Source of the DNA: Longimicrobiales bacterium
GTDB taxonomy: Bacteria; Gemmatimonadota; Gemmatimonadetes; Longimicrobiales; Gaopeijiaceae
Assembly: GCA_965238005.1 (NCBI GenBank)
Contig: OZ250165.1
Coordinates: 1,248,001 to 1,312,000, forward strand
Reading direction: 5' to 3'
Length of the DNA stretch: 64,000 bases
How positions within the stretch are numbered: the stretch's first letter is position 1; each line of letters opens with the position of its first letter. The notes below the pieces were generated by a model, which ran no database searches, was not told where the DNA came from, and saw only the letters and a program-made list of their open reading frames with translations. Shown here piece by piece: positions 48,954 to 58,596 of this stretch. The translations under genes and the position numbers were made by a program.

Positions 48954-49691
48954 TCAGCGGATCTCCGGTCCTCCCATCCGGTTGTCGGGCACGAAGCGGT
49001 CGCGGGCCGGCATCACGACGGCCGGGAGCGTCTCGGCGTCCATGACGGCATCCTCCGGGATGATCTCATTGAGGTAGAGGACGTAGGCGGCCGCGCCGTA
49101 CACCTCGTTCGCCGTGAGCGAGCCGGGTTCGTCCAAGGGCATGGTGCGGTTCACATAGTCGAACAGGGTCGTGGCGTAGGGCCAGTAGTTGCCCACTGTC
49201 TTCCGGTACTGTCCGCGGACGGCACCGAACGGAAAGCCCTCCCGTGGCTCCCGCCCTACCAGGCGGTCGTTGGGCCCCTCCGTACCAGTGGGGCCGTGGC
49301 ACACGGCACACTTGGCCGCGTAGACCCGAGCACCCTCGGCCACCGAGGCGCTTCCCGGGGGCAGTCCTGCACCGTCCGGCCTGACGTCGATGTCCAGCGC
49401 CGCGATCTCGGCTTCGGTGGCGTCCCGGCCGATCGTGAAGGTCGTGGGCCAGTGCTCGGGTGCGGCGGTGGGTTCGGGCGGGGCGCCGAACCCAGGAGGG
49501 GCTTGGGGCCCGACCGTGGCTTGCCCGCTCTCAATGGCCGCCCCCGATTCGCACGCCAGGGGCAGGAGGGCCAAAGCGAACATGATCGCGGCCGTCACGG
49601 CCATGGGCTGCCCGGTCTCGGGGTGCCTCCGATGCGCACCCAAGGCGTGCCTCCGCGCCGTGCTTTTGGTGTGCTTCGGCGGCGCGCTCAC
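48954..49691 (-). CDS. Monoheme cytochrome c (SoxD-like)
   Basis: IDVRPDGAGLPPGS, CAVCH and TVGNYWPYATTLFDYVNRTMP motifs; GTG start overlapping the soxC stop. Confidence 0.88.
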   Translation of the reverse strand: MSAPPKHTKSTARRHALGAHRRHPETGQPMAVTAAIMFALALLPLACESGAAIESGQATVGPQAPPGFGAPPEPTAAPEHWPTTFTIGRDATEAEIAALDIDVRPDGAGLPPGSASVAEGARVYAAKCAVCHGPTGTEGPNDRLVGREPREGFPFGAVRGQYRKTVGNYWPYATTLFDYVNRTMPLDEPGSLTANEVYGAAAYVLYLNEIIPEDAVMDAETLPAVVMPARDRFVPDNRMGGPEIR

Positions 49692-50953
49692 GGCCCATCC
49701 CCCGTCCCGAAGAAGACCCGCCCGTCCGACTCCACCTTCCAGGGTCTGATGCTGTTGTAGTGGTACGCACTGCCCTCTCCCCTCACGGCCATGAGCGTCT
49801 GGAGATCGGGCTGTGTGTACCCCGTCTCGTCCACGGCGCGGCTCATGAGAACGGTCTCTCGGCCGTCCCAGTTCCACAGGTGCCGGAAGCGCGTGGTGCA
49901 CTTCGAGAGGATGGGGTCCTGGAGCTCAGCCGGCTGCCAGGTGCGACCTCCGTCGGTGCTCACGTCCACCCGCGTGATGCGGCCCCGGCCGCTCCAGGCC
50001 AGCCCCGAGATCTCCCACCAGCCACGCTCCGGCAGCACGTACGGGAAAGTCGGGAAGGTGATGGTCGACTTCGCGTCCATCACGAGGCTGAACTGGCGTG
50101 CCGTTCCGTCGGCGAGCGGGTCGGTGTACTTGGAGGTCTCGTCCCGCGTCATGAAGGGCCCGTCCGACACTTCGATGCGGCGGATCCACTTCACCTGTGC
50201 GTTACCCTCCCATCCCGGCAGGAGGAGCCGAGCCGGATAGCCCTGTTCGGGACGGAGTGCCTCGCCGTTCTGGCCGTAGGCGATCATGGCGTCGTCCCAG
50301 GCCTTCTCCACAGGCACGCTTCGGGCCATGACGGCCGCGTCCCCGCCTTCGGCCAGCAGCCAGGTCGCTCCAGGCTGCACCCTCACCTCCCGAAGGAGCG
50401 TGGCCAGGGCCACCCCCGTCCATTCGCTCGTGCTGAGCAGCCCGTCGATCTGCTGCGGGGAGGCCTCGGGGCGGGGACTTCGGTTGTACGCCGCCCCACC
50501 GTTCCCGGAGCACTCGACGAAGCAGAGGCGTGACGCGGCGGGAAAGCGCTTCAGGTCTCGCAGCGTGAACGTCATCGGCCGCTCCACCATGCCGTGGATC
50601 AGGAGTGAGTAGCGTTCCGGATCGATGGTGGGAATGCCGCCGTGGTGCCGCTCGAAGTGGAGGTCGGCGGGCGTGACGATCCCGCGGAGCTCGTGGAGCG
50701 GAGTACGAGACGACGACGACGGACCGGGTCGCGACACCTGGCGCCGGGGCTGCTCGCTCGGGGCCCTCCGGCCCAGCTCGCTGGTGTTGGCTCCCAGCAC
50801 TCTGGTACGATCCTGCGGCGCCTCCTGCGGTGCCTCCTGCGGCGCGGGCGCGGCATCACCCAAGGTGATGGCGTCGGCCTGCGTCTTGAGGAGTCCCCCT
50901 GCGATGAGTCCCCCGGTCGCTCCCAGCATCGCTCGGCGTGACAGGCTGGCCAT
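49688..50953 (-). CDS. soxC: Sulfite dehydrogenase-type molybdoprotein (SoxC/SorA), Tat-exported
   Basis: LSRRAMLG Tat signal; LHFERHH, ECSGN, QNGEALRPEQGYP, GWEGNAQVKW and SRAVDETGYTQP motifs. Confidence 0.9.
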   Translation of the reverse strand: MASLSRRAMLGATGGLIAGGLLKTQADAITLGDAAPAPQEAPQEAPQDRTRVLGANTSELGRRAPSEQPRRQVSRPGPSSSSRTPLHELRGIVTPADLHFERHHGGIPTIDPERYSLLIHGMVERPMTFTLRDLKRFPAASRLCFVECSGNGGAAYNRSPRPEASPQQIDGLLSTSEWTGVALATLLREVRVQPGATWLLAEGGDAAVMARSVPVEKAWDDAMIAYGQNGEALRPEQGYPARLLLPGWEGNAQVKWIRRIEVSDGPFMTRDETSKYTDPLADGTARQFSLVMDAKSTITFPTFPYVLPERGWWEISGLAWSGRGRITRVDVSTDGGRTWQPAELQDPILSKCTTRFRHLWNWDGRETVLMSRAVDETGYTQPDLQTLMAVRGEGSAYHYNSIRPWKVESDGRVFFGTGDGP

Positions 50954-51104
50954 GGCGCCTCCCGGATCTGTGGGTCTTCGCGACAGGTCCCCTCGCGGAG
51001 TATCCCCGGGGAGTCCAGGGATCGCCCCTCCCGCCACGTTTGCAGACAGCAACCTCCGTTCCGCCCGACGCCTCCCGCAAGTCCCCCCACGGGAGCCCGT
51101 CGCG

Positions 51105-51133
51105 TTGACAGCCCAGACGGACTCGTCTAGCGT
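51105..51133 (+). promoter_or_regulatory. Sigma70-type promoter implying a leaderless transcript
   Basis: TTGACA (51105-51110), 17-nt spacer, TAGCGT (51128-51133); ATG 51141 lies at the expected start-site distance. Confidence 0.65.
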
Positions 51134-51140
51134 CATGGTC

Positions 51141-51473
51141 ATGATCCGGTTGCGGGAATGCTTGGCCAAACGATTGGGGACCGAGCTGGCGATTTGGATG
51201 CTGGCCGTAGGGGTCGCCATACCCCTCCTCGATCGCGATCTCTTGGGCTCCGAGATCGCCATCGAGGCGGAGCACCAGGCGGCATGTAGCCTCCCCACAC
51301 ACGATCACAGCATCTGCGTCCAGTACGGGAAGCAGCTATGGGCCAGTAAGCCCGCAGATGTCGAGAGGGCCCTGCCGCCCCCCGTGGTCGAAGCTGCGGC
51401 ACCCACTCAGGATGCAGCACCGCGCTCACGCCTCGCCCGTCCCACCAACCCCCGAGCTCCACCCACCCTCTAG
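51141..51473 (+). CDS. DUF2946-like leader protein with His/Cys motif and C-terminal RAPP
   Basis: 110 aa: basic N-terminus, hydrophobic segment, HQAAC...HDHSIC, ...RPTNPRAPPTL*; hidden within track ORF 50625-51473. Confidence 0.75.
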   Translation: MIRLRECLAKRLGTELAIWMLAVGVAIPLLDRDLLGSEIAIEAEHQAACSLPTHDHSICVQYGKQLWASKPADVERALPPPVVEAAAPTQDAAPRSRLARPTNPRAPPTL

Positions 51474-51597
51474 ATCCTCTCTGCAGCACGCAGGGAGATC
51501 GTGAGCGCGGTGCATCCGCACTCTCGCGGAAACTCGCGCCCCGTCGCTCGTCGCCCCTTCCCAGGCAGTCGGAAATGGGCGTCTCAGGGGAAGGACC

Positions 51598-52932
51598 ATG
51601 AAGCAGAAACCGACCAGAGGCTTGAGCCTCTTCATCCTAGCCGGCGCTCTCGCGGCGTGGCCCGTAATGGCGTGGGGTCAGGATATTCCAAGAACGCAGG
51701 CCGACTCGCTACGGGCGCAGATCGCCCAGCTCCGGGCGCAGCTCGACAGCATCGGACTGCTCCTCGAGCGGGGTGAGGCGGAACCGGCCGAAGAGGAGGA
51801 CGCCCTCGCCCGGCTCCGCGCTGCCGCCCGGGCCGCAGCGGGTGGCGCGCAGGCCGACGCGCCTGCGGAGCCGGAGGGCGACCAGGAGTTCGTGGGCCGG
51901 TCGCGCTCTCTCCAGGCACTGAACCCGGAGATCAGCGTTACGGGTGACATCTACGTTTCTGTCCAAAGCGAAGACCCGGACGCCGACAACTTCGTCCCGA
52001 GGGAGTTCGAGTTCTCCTTCGTCTCGGCCCTCGATCCGTTCACCCGGGCGAAGATCTTCGTCTCGGCGGAGGAGGAGGGGGCGGGCGTCGAGGTCTTCCC
52101 GGGCGCCGAGGAAGAGGAGGAGGAGCACGGCACCGCCCTGGTCGTCGAAGAAGGCTATATGGAGTGGGTGGGGATCGCCGGCGGGCTGGGGATCAAGGTA
52201 GGACGCTTCTTCCAGCAGTTCGGCCAGCTCAACCGCTGGCACGGCCATGCCCTCCAATTCCAGAGCCGGTCGCTCCCCCACCTGGCCTTCATCGGGGAGG
52301 AAGCACTGGCCCAGGACGGCGTATCGCTCCACTGGTTGCTTCCCAATAGCGGAGGCGGTGCGTATGAAACGACGTTTGAGGTCACGAGGAGCCGCAACGA
52401 CATCCTGTTCGGTGAATCCCACGGTCTGAGCTACCTGGGTCATTTCAACGCCTTCTGGCAGCTGTCGTCGTCCACCGATCTGGACCTGGGCTTCAGCGCC
52501 GTTTTCGGCGATCACGTCGAGGAAGACGGCCAGTTCACGAATCGACTCTTCGGTGCAGAGGCGTCGTTCAATTGGATTCCGCCGGATCGCTCCCTGTACC
52601 GCGGCTTCACTCTTCGGGGGGGCGTCATGCTCTCCGATCCGGGAGCCGTGGCCGGTCTGCCGGCGCCCGAGTCGGCCCTGGGCCTTTGGTCCCTCGCGGA
52701 GCTCAAGCTCTCGAGACAGTGGATTGCCTCCGGCCGGTACGAGTGGGTAGAGAACCCCGAGGATCCGAGTCAGACGGCGTGGCTCGCGTCGCCCGCGCTC
52801 ACGTATTGGCAGAGCGAGTTCGTCCGCCTGAGGGCCGAGTACGACATACTGGGAAACCCGGGGGAGACCACGGGGCAGTTCACGCTGCGGATCACCTTCG
52901 CCATGGGCCCGCACAGGCACGAGACGTACTGA
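51598..52932 (+). CDS. Putative outer-membrane beta-barrel associated with metal uptake
   Basis: Signal peptide, coiled coil, LNPEISVTGD, FGQLNRWHGH, SEFVRLRAEY, C-terminal GPHRHETY. Confidence 0.7.
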   Translation: MKQKPTRGLSLFILAGALAAWPVMAWGQDIPRTQADSLRAQIAQLRAQLDSIGLLLERGEAEPAEEEDALARLRAAARAAAGGAQADAPAEPEGDQEFVGRSRSLQALNPEISVTGDIYVSVQSEDPDADNFVPREFEFSFVSALDPFTRAKIFVSAEEEGAGVEVFPGAEEEEEEHGTALVVEEGYMEWVGIAGGLGIKVGRFFQQFGQLNRWHGHALQFQSRSLPHLAFIGEEALAQDGVSLHWLLPNSGGGAYETTFEVTRSRNDILFGESHGLSYLGHFNAFWQLSSSTDLDLGFSAVFGDHVEEDGQFTNRLFGAEASFNWIPPDRSLYRGFTLRGGVMLSDPGAVAGLPAPESALGLWSLAELKLSRQWIASGRYEWVENPEDPSQTAWLASPALTYWQSEFVRLRAEYDILGNPGETTGQFTLRITFAMGPHRHETY

Positions 52933-52944
52933 GGGGATAGTGGG

Positions 52945-54009
52945 ATGATGAGAATACTTGCTGCAGTGATGATGACGGGCTGGACGCTGGGGCTCGGCGG
53001 TGGTGGATCTACCGTCGCCTCGCCAGACGGGCGCGAGCCTGTACGGGTGGTGACGACGCTTCCGGTCTACGCGGATCTCGTGCGGAAGATCGGAGGCGCG
53101 GAGGTGGAGGTGAGCTCCATCGCGTCACCCAACGAGGACTCACACTTCGTCCGACCCAAGCCCAGCTTCGCCGTCCAGATCCGTCGCGCCGACATGTTCG
53201 TCACGACCGGCTTGGACCTGGAGCTCTGGGTACCGACCCTTCTCGATCGGGCGGGGAACAGGGACGTCTCGGAAGGAGGCCGCGGTTATGTGACGGCCTA
53301 CACGGGTATCGAGCTCCTGGACATCCCGGCATCGGCCGATCGGAGCGGGGGAGATGTTCACATCTTTGGTAACCCCCACCTGGTCACCGATCCCCTCAGG
53401 GCGGTGCAGGTGGCCCGGAACATCACGGTGGGACTAACAAGGGTCGCGCCCGACCGGTCTCGAGTCTGGGACGAAGGCCTCGCGCGCTTGACCGACGAGA
53501 TCCACAGGAGGCTTTTCGGGGAGCGTCTCGTCGAGCTCCTCGAGGGGGATCTCCTGCAGCAGTTGGCCCTCCAGGGGACGCTACACTCGTTCCTCGAAGG
53601 TGAGGAGTTCGAGGGCAGGCCACTCATCGAAGAGCTCGGGGGCTGGCTCGGAGTGGCGGAGTCGTTCCGCGGCCGCGATATCATATGCTATCACAAGAAC
53701 TGGGCGTACCTCGAGGACCGCTTCGGGGTGCGCTGTGCCGATTTCGTCGAGACCAAGCCGGGCATCCCGCCCACCCCACGCCATGTGGCCGAGCTCCTGG
53801 AGGAGATGTCGAGCCAAGGCCTCGACGTGATCCTGGCGGCCTCCTACTTCGACCAGAGGAAGGTCGAGTCGGTGGCCCGACGTGGCCACGCCACGGCGGT
53901 CGTGGTCCCCATGAATCCGGGGGGCAAGGAAGGCGTGGATGACTACTTCTCCCTCGTGGACGACTGGGTCAACGGGCTGGCCGGGGCTGTTGCCCGACCG
54001 GCCGGCTGA
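52945..54009 (+). CDS. Metal ABC transporter substrate-binding protein (ZnuA/TroA family)
   Basis: VVTTLP, DSHFVRPKPS, GLDLELW, DVHIFGNPH, YHKNWAY and ETKPGIPPTPRH motifs. Confidence 0.92.
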   Translation: MMRILAAVMMTGWTLGLGGGGSTVASPDGREPVRVVTTLPVYADLVRKIGGAEVEVSSIASPNEDSHFVRPKPSFAVQIRRADMFVTTGLDLELWVPTLLDRAGNRDVSEGGRGYVTAYTGIELLDIPASADRSGGDVHIFGNPHLVTDPLRAVQVARNITVGLTRVAPDRSRVWDEGLARLTDEIHRRLFGERLVELLEGDLLQQLALQGTLHSFLEGEEFEGRPLIEELGGWLGVAESFRGRDIICYHKNWAYLEDRFGVRCADFVETKPGIPPTPRHVAELLEEMSSQGLDVILAASYFDQRKVESVARRGHATAVVVPMNPGGKEGVDDYFSLVDDWVNGLAGAVARPAG

Positions 54010-54063
54010 CCACGGCGCCCCGACCCTCTTTGTGGCTCGCGAACTTTGGAGACGGAACACTAG
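54010..54063 (-). mobile_element. Terminal 54-nt fragment of the MITE filling the SBP-permease spacer
   Basis: CCACGGCGCCCCGACCCTCT...GGAACACTAG matches the end of 39610-39711; abuts ATG 54064. Confidence 0.8.
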
Positions 54064-54885
54064 ATGCTCGACTTGATGCTCGCGCCCATCGCGGCAGGCC
54101 TTGTCATCCTCGCGCTTCACACGTATCTGGGCCTGCACGTCATCGCTCGGGGCGTGATCTTCGTGGACCTGGCGTTCGCGCAGATCGCCGCCTTGGGCAC
54201 CACCGTGGGCCTGCTGATTGGGGTGGAGCACGGGACGCCCCTGTCGCTGGCCTTCTCACTCGGTTTCACGCTTCTGGGGGCCCTGATCTTCTCGTTCAGC
54301 CGCCTCAAGGAGACGGTGGTGCCCCAGGAGGCCATCATCGGAATCACCTTCGTAGTGGCCTCCGCGGCGGTCATCCTCATCACCGGCTTCACTGCCGAGG
54401 GGGCGGAGCACGTGACGGAGACGATGACGGGCACCCTCATCTGGGTGACCTGGCCGCAGATCCTGCGCATGGCTGCGGTCTACGCCGCCCTAGGCGTCTT
54501 CTATTACGTGTTCCGAGGCCGTTTTGTCGCTTCGTCTCTGCGTGACGACACCGTCAGCCGGGCACGGCTCTGGGACTTCCTCTTCTACGTGCCCTTCGGG
54601 ATCGTCATCTCGTTCTCCGTCGCCATCGCCGGCGTGCTCATGGTGTTCTGCGCCCTTGTGATCCCCGCCGTCGTGGCCTTCCTGTTCACGAGCCGATTCC
54701 TCGCGGCGCTCGCCCTGGCGTGGGCCGTGGGAACGGTCGCGTTAGTGGCCGGGGTGGTGGCGTCTTTCGTGTTGGACGTCGCGACGGGGCCGCTTCTGGT
54801 GTGCGTGTTCGGGCTGACGCTGGTCATCGCACTGTTGGTTCGGTGGGGGACGGGTATCCGGCCCGGGGTCGTGCTAAAGGCCTGA
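54064..54885 (+). CDS. Metal ABC transporter permease (ABC-3/ZnuB-like)
   Basis: YLGLHVIARGVIFVDLAFAQIAALG, PQEAIIG and AGVLMVFCALVIPA motifs. Confidence 0.9.
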   Translation: MLDLMLAPIAAGLVILALHTYLGLHVIARGVIFVDLAFAQIAALGTTVGLLIGVEHGTPLSLAFSLGFTLLGALIFSFSRLKETVVPQEAIIGITFVVASAAVILITGFTAEGAEHVTETMTGTLIWVTWPQILRMAAVYAALGVFYYVFRGRFVASSLRDDTVSRARLWDFLFYVPFGIVISFSVAIAGVLMVFCALVIPAVVAFLFTSRFLAALALAWAVGTVALVAGVVASFVLDVATGPLLVCVFGLTLVIALLVRWGTGIRPGVVLKA

Positions 54886-55008
54886 GACGTCGTGGTGCAC
54901 GCGCGAGATCCGCGATGCCCAGCGTTCCTTGGTCGGCAGCTGTGACCTTGAGGTAGATTCGCTGTATCCCTTGTCAGCGCATCGTCGAATGTGAGCATGG
55001 AGGTCGCT

Positions 55009-55594
55009 TTGAACCGTCTCTTGTGCGCTATTGGTGTCGTCGCTTCCCGCCGCGCTGAGCTGTGGCGGAGGCAGCGATCCGGTGGGACCCATCCAGTCGG
55101 GTCCCATGGAGATCACGATCAACGGCATCAGCCCGTCGAACATCACTGCCGGAATAATCGACAGGGATGTGAGCATCAACACTGCTGGCGCCAACCTGTG
55201 GTCGAGCTATGTGCGGCTCACCACCGACCTGTGTGGCCGGGAGCCCGTGGGTTTCGCGATCAGCGCACTGGCTCTCACACTCGACTTCGAGGGGAGCGTG
55301 AACGTCTCTGTATTGGATGACGTCATCGACGGCACGGTGACGGTCTACTTCGCCAGCACCCAGGGAAATGACGCCTCCGCGGTGAAGGTCGACCTCGGCA
55401 GGGGAGTGGTATCCGGCGTCGGTCCGGTGGGGCTGGAGGAGGTGAGCACCCGGGAGACGCTGGCGGCCGTACACACTCGGATGTTGGGGAGCGACTTTCA
55501 TGTGGGCATCCGAGCCGAGACCTCGCGGACGGACAGCGACGACTTCTCCATGGCGGTGGAGGTGTCGTTCCTCGCCCGCGCGCTTTGTGAGTAG
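55009..55594 (+). pseudogene. Lipoprotein with probable frameshift in its signal peptide
   Basis: GGAGG + TTG 55009 gives MNRLLCAIGVV; the lipobox ALSC and mature part lie in another frame (55031-55594). Confidence 0.5.
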
Positions 55595-55627
55595 GCGTTC
55601 CCCCGTGCGGCTACACCTCGAGGTTCC

Positions 55628-56161
55628 TCAGAACGACCAGTTCACGATAGGGAGGAACTGAAGACTCTCCTTCCCGCTGATGATGTTGATGAGGCCGATC
55701 TGGATCCCGTACATGTTCTCGGCCCAGTTCACGATCCCGAGCTGGAAGCCCGAGATGTCCCGGGCCCGATTGAAGATCCCGAACTGGAACGCTTCGCCGA
55801 AATCGATCTCGTTATAGAGACCGAAGCCCTGGACGCCGAAGAACTCAGCTTGATTGATGTTCACCAGAAGGTTGTCCTGCCACCCCAGGAAGGCGCCTTC
55901 GACGACGCCGTACTGGAGCCCCTTGGACAGGCCGCCCGTGTTGTGATTCACCACGCCGATGTCGAGGCCCCGGACGTCGACGTTCTTGTTGTAGAGACCT
56001 AGCCGCAGGATTCGGATGGCCGAGTCCTCTCCCCGCAGCTGGAGGGGTGGGAAGAGCGAGAGCTCGAAGTTCTCGACGGACTCCTGAGCTGCGACCTGAA
56101 TAGGGGAGACCGCGACTGCAATGAGAAATCCGACCACTAGGACGAACGGAGACGCTCTCAC
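55628..56161 (-). CDS. Surface repeat protein (GxQxGxxN repeats, LA_2272-like)
   Basis: GLDIGVVN, FQFGIFN, GFQLGIVN, GIQIGLIN and terminal LPIVNWSF. Confidence 0.75.
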   Translation of the reverse strand: MRASPFVLVVGFLIAVAVSPIQVAAQESVENFELSLFPPLQLRGEDSAIRILRLGLYNKNVDVRGLDIGVVNHNTGGLSKGLQYGVVEGAFLGWQDNLLVNINQAEFFGVQGFGLYNEIDFGEAFQFGIFNRARDISGFQLGIVNWAENMYGIQIGLINIISGKESLQFLPIVNWSF

Positions 56162-56232
56162 TGGTCCCTCCCTACCTTGATGTCTGATGGTCTTGTTCGT
56201 GGTTTCCAAGGCGAAACACGCCCAGGGTACGC

Positions 56233-56298
56233 TCACTCTACCCGGAGCGCCACTATTGGGTCGATGCGGGCGGCCCGCACTGCGGGGATAGCGGCCAA
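56233..56298 (-). pseudogene. Last ~21 codons of another ADOP-like ABC permease
   Basis: LAAIPAVRAARIDPIVALRVE*. Confidence 0.7.
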
Positions 56299-56355
56299 GG
56301 CGGGCCGGCGTCAGATGGAGCGGAGGGCGTGCCGTAGGTCGCGTCCCATGTTCGA

Positions 56356-58596
56356 TTAGCTCTTGAGGATCCGGGTCGCCTGCTCGAGGGCTTCGGAGAC
56401 CCTATTCAGCATGTCTGCCACCAGGCCGATGTGCTCGGTGGCCTCGTCCCAGTCCCTCAGCTCGATGGCCTCGCGAATCCCCGGTAGCGTCTTCACCCCG
56501 TAGCCGGTGTGGAAGCCGGGTGCGTAGATCTGATGCCGATACCATGGACGTCGCGGCAGGCCCTCGTCGTTGGTCATGAGCCGCTCCGTGGTCTTTAGCA
56601 CGCGATTCAGGGCCTGGGCCTCGGCTGCCGTGGCGCCCGTCTCCATCACGCGCCGCATCTCCACATCCAGCGCCTTCGCGCTCGTCTCGAGGCGCCGCAC
56701 GGCGTTTTGCAGGGGCGCGAAACTCAGATACGGCACGTCGTCCTCGGCCTCCGGCGGCACGTAGGTCTGGGTGGGGTCGGCGGCCAGGCCGTAGGCGTTC
56801 ATGGCCACCAGCCGGTTTTTCCGATCCGTCGAGGCCCGGGTGTCCTCCAGGAGCTCCATGACCTCGCCGGCGTACAGCGCCACGTTGTCAGCGAAGTTCT
56901 CGAAGCGCATGGGCAGCACGTCGGCGTTGGCGAGGCGCAGGGCCAAGCGTCCGGTGGTCTTCGAGAGCGTCACCCCGTAGTGGAAGCCCGGATCTCCGAA
57001 GCGTGTGTAGTGCTCGAAGGAATCGAACTGTGAGTGATACGACCCTCCGCCGTTCTCTCCGCCGTAGCTCACGTTCAGTGAGGCGATGCCCAGGTGCTGG
57101 AGGAAGGGCGTGTAGTCCGAGCCCGAGCCCAGGGGGCTGATGCGGAGGTCGGGACGCGTGGTGGCCTCGGCGTCTCCGGACACGGCTCGCTGGGCCTGGA
57201 CCCGCTCCCAGACCGACACGCCGGTCTGGGGATCCTCCACTTCGCGGGCCACCTCGTTCACCAGCCGTTCGAGGGTGTGGGAGCCTCCCACGCGCAGGAA
57301 GCCGCGACCGTTCCCGTCCGTGTTGATGTACGCGACGGCCTTCTCCCGGAGCTCGTCGGCATGGTGCTCCGCCCATTCGGTGGATCCCAAGAGGCCAGGC
57401 TCCTCGGCGTCCCACGAGGCGTAGACGATGGTCCGCTTGGGCCGCCGGCCGCTCTGGGCCAGGACCCCGATGGCCCGGGCCTCCTCCAGGAGCGCCACAT
57501 GGCCGCTGATGGGATCTCCGGCTCCCATGGCCCAGCCGTCCCGGTGGTTCCCCCGGATGATCCACTCGTCTGGGTACTCCGAGCCCTCCATGCGGGCGAT
57601 GACGTCGTACGCGGGCTCGAGGTTCCAGTCGAACTCGAGGTGGACCCGCACGGTGACAGGCCCGGGCCCGATGTGATAGGTGAGGGGCAGTGCACCGCGC
57701 CAGGCGGCAGGCGCCACGGGGCCGCCCATGGCCTTCAGGAGTGGCAGCGCGTCGCCCCAAGAGATGGGGAGAACCGGGATCTTCATGATGGCCGGCGCCT
57801 CTTCGACCGTGTAGCGCTCGGCGTCCTCGGTGGCGCCCACGAAGGGCGTGAGTGGATCGCCTGGGTAGAGAGGCATGTCCGTAACCGAACCCCTCTGCAC
57901 GCCCCACTTCATCCGGTAGGGACCTTCGGGATAGACGTCCCCCTGGAAGTACCCGTCGTCCCTGGGATCGGAGTAGAGGATCGTGGCGACGGCGCCCTTC
58001 TCGTGGGCGAGCTTCGGCTTGATCCCCCTCCACGATCCGCCGTAGCGCGCGATGATGATCTTGCCCCGGACGTCGATCCCCCGGCGCTCGAGCTCCTCGT
58101 AGTCGCCTGGGATACCGTAGTTCACGTAGACCAGCTCGGCCGTGACGTCTCCGTCGGCGCTGTAGGCGTTGTACGAGGGGAGACGCCCGTCCACACCGGA
58201 GCTGGCATCCTCCGGAATCACCGGCTCCTCAAGCCGGGCCCGATACCGCTCCGGAGCCACCATCTCCACCTCCCGGATGCGCGGCTTCGGGAACAGCACG
58301 CGGTACTCCACGATCTCGGCCTCGTATCCCCACTCCCGGAAGAGATCACGCACGAACTCGGCGTTCTCCTTGTTGTGCGGCGCACCCACGAAGAATGGCT
58401 CGGCGGTGATGCGCTCCATCCACTCCCGCAGGTTGTCGCGGTTCATCTGTTCGTCCAGGCGCGCCTCGAGCTGGCGCTGAGTCGCGGCGGACTCGGCCGA
58501 GAACCCCAGCATGGAGGACTCTTGGCCGTCGAGGGTCGACGCCAGGAAGAAGAGCGGGCTGAGGACGGCCATAAGGGCTCTGACTCGGTACGGCAT
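56356..58596 (-). CDS. M28 glutamate carboxypeptidase II-like peptidase (PA and TFR-dimer domains)
   Basis: GNHRDGW, WDAEEPGLLGSTEW, GSGSDY, YHSQFD and RPWYRHQIYAPG motifs. Confidence 0.93.
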   Translation of the reverse strand: MPYRVRALMAVLSPLFFLASTLDGQESSMLGFSAESAATQRQLEARLDEQMNRDNLREWMERITAEPFFVGAPHNKENAEFVRDLFREWGYEAEIVEYRVLFPKPRIREVEMVAPERYRARLEEPVIPEDASSGVDGRLPSYNAYSADGDVTAELVYVNYGIPGDYEELERRGIDVRGKIIIARYGGSWRGIKPKLAHEKGAVATILYSDPRDDGYFQGDVYPEGPYRMKWGVQRGSVTDMPLYPGDPLTPFVGATEDAERYTVEEAPAIMKIPVLPISWGDALPLLKAMGGPVAPAAWRGALPLTYHIGPGPVTVRVHLEFDWNLEPAYDVIARMEGSEYPDEWIIRGNHRDGWAMGAGDPISGHVALLEEARAIGVLAQSGRRPKRTIVYASWDAEEPGLLGSTEWAEHHADELREKAVAYINTDGNGRGFLRVGGSHTLERLVNEVAREVEDPQTGVSVWERVQAQRAVSGDAEATTRPDLRISPLGSGSDYTPFLQHLGIASLNVSYGGENGGGSYHSQFDSFEHYTRFGDPGFHYGVTLSKTTGRLALRLANADVLPMRFENFADNVALYAGEVMELLEDTRASTDRKNRLVAMNAYGLAADPTQTYVPPEAEDDVPYLSFAPLQNAVRRLETSAKALDVEMRRVMETGATAAEAQALNRVLKTTERLMTNDEGLPRRPWYRHQIYAPGFHTGYGVKTLPGIREAIELRDWDEATEHIGLVADMLNRVSEALEQATRILKS

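Noticed and set aside
50954..51060. Moco riboswitch upstream of soxC
   Set aside because: GC-rich stems are possible, but I could not match the conserved motif by eye
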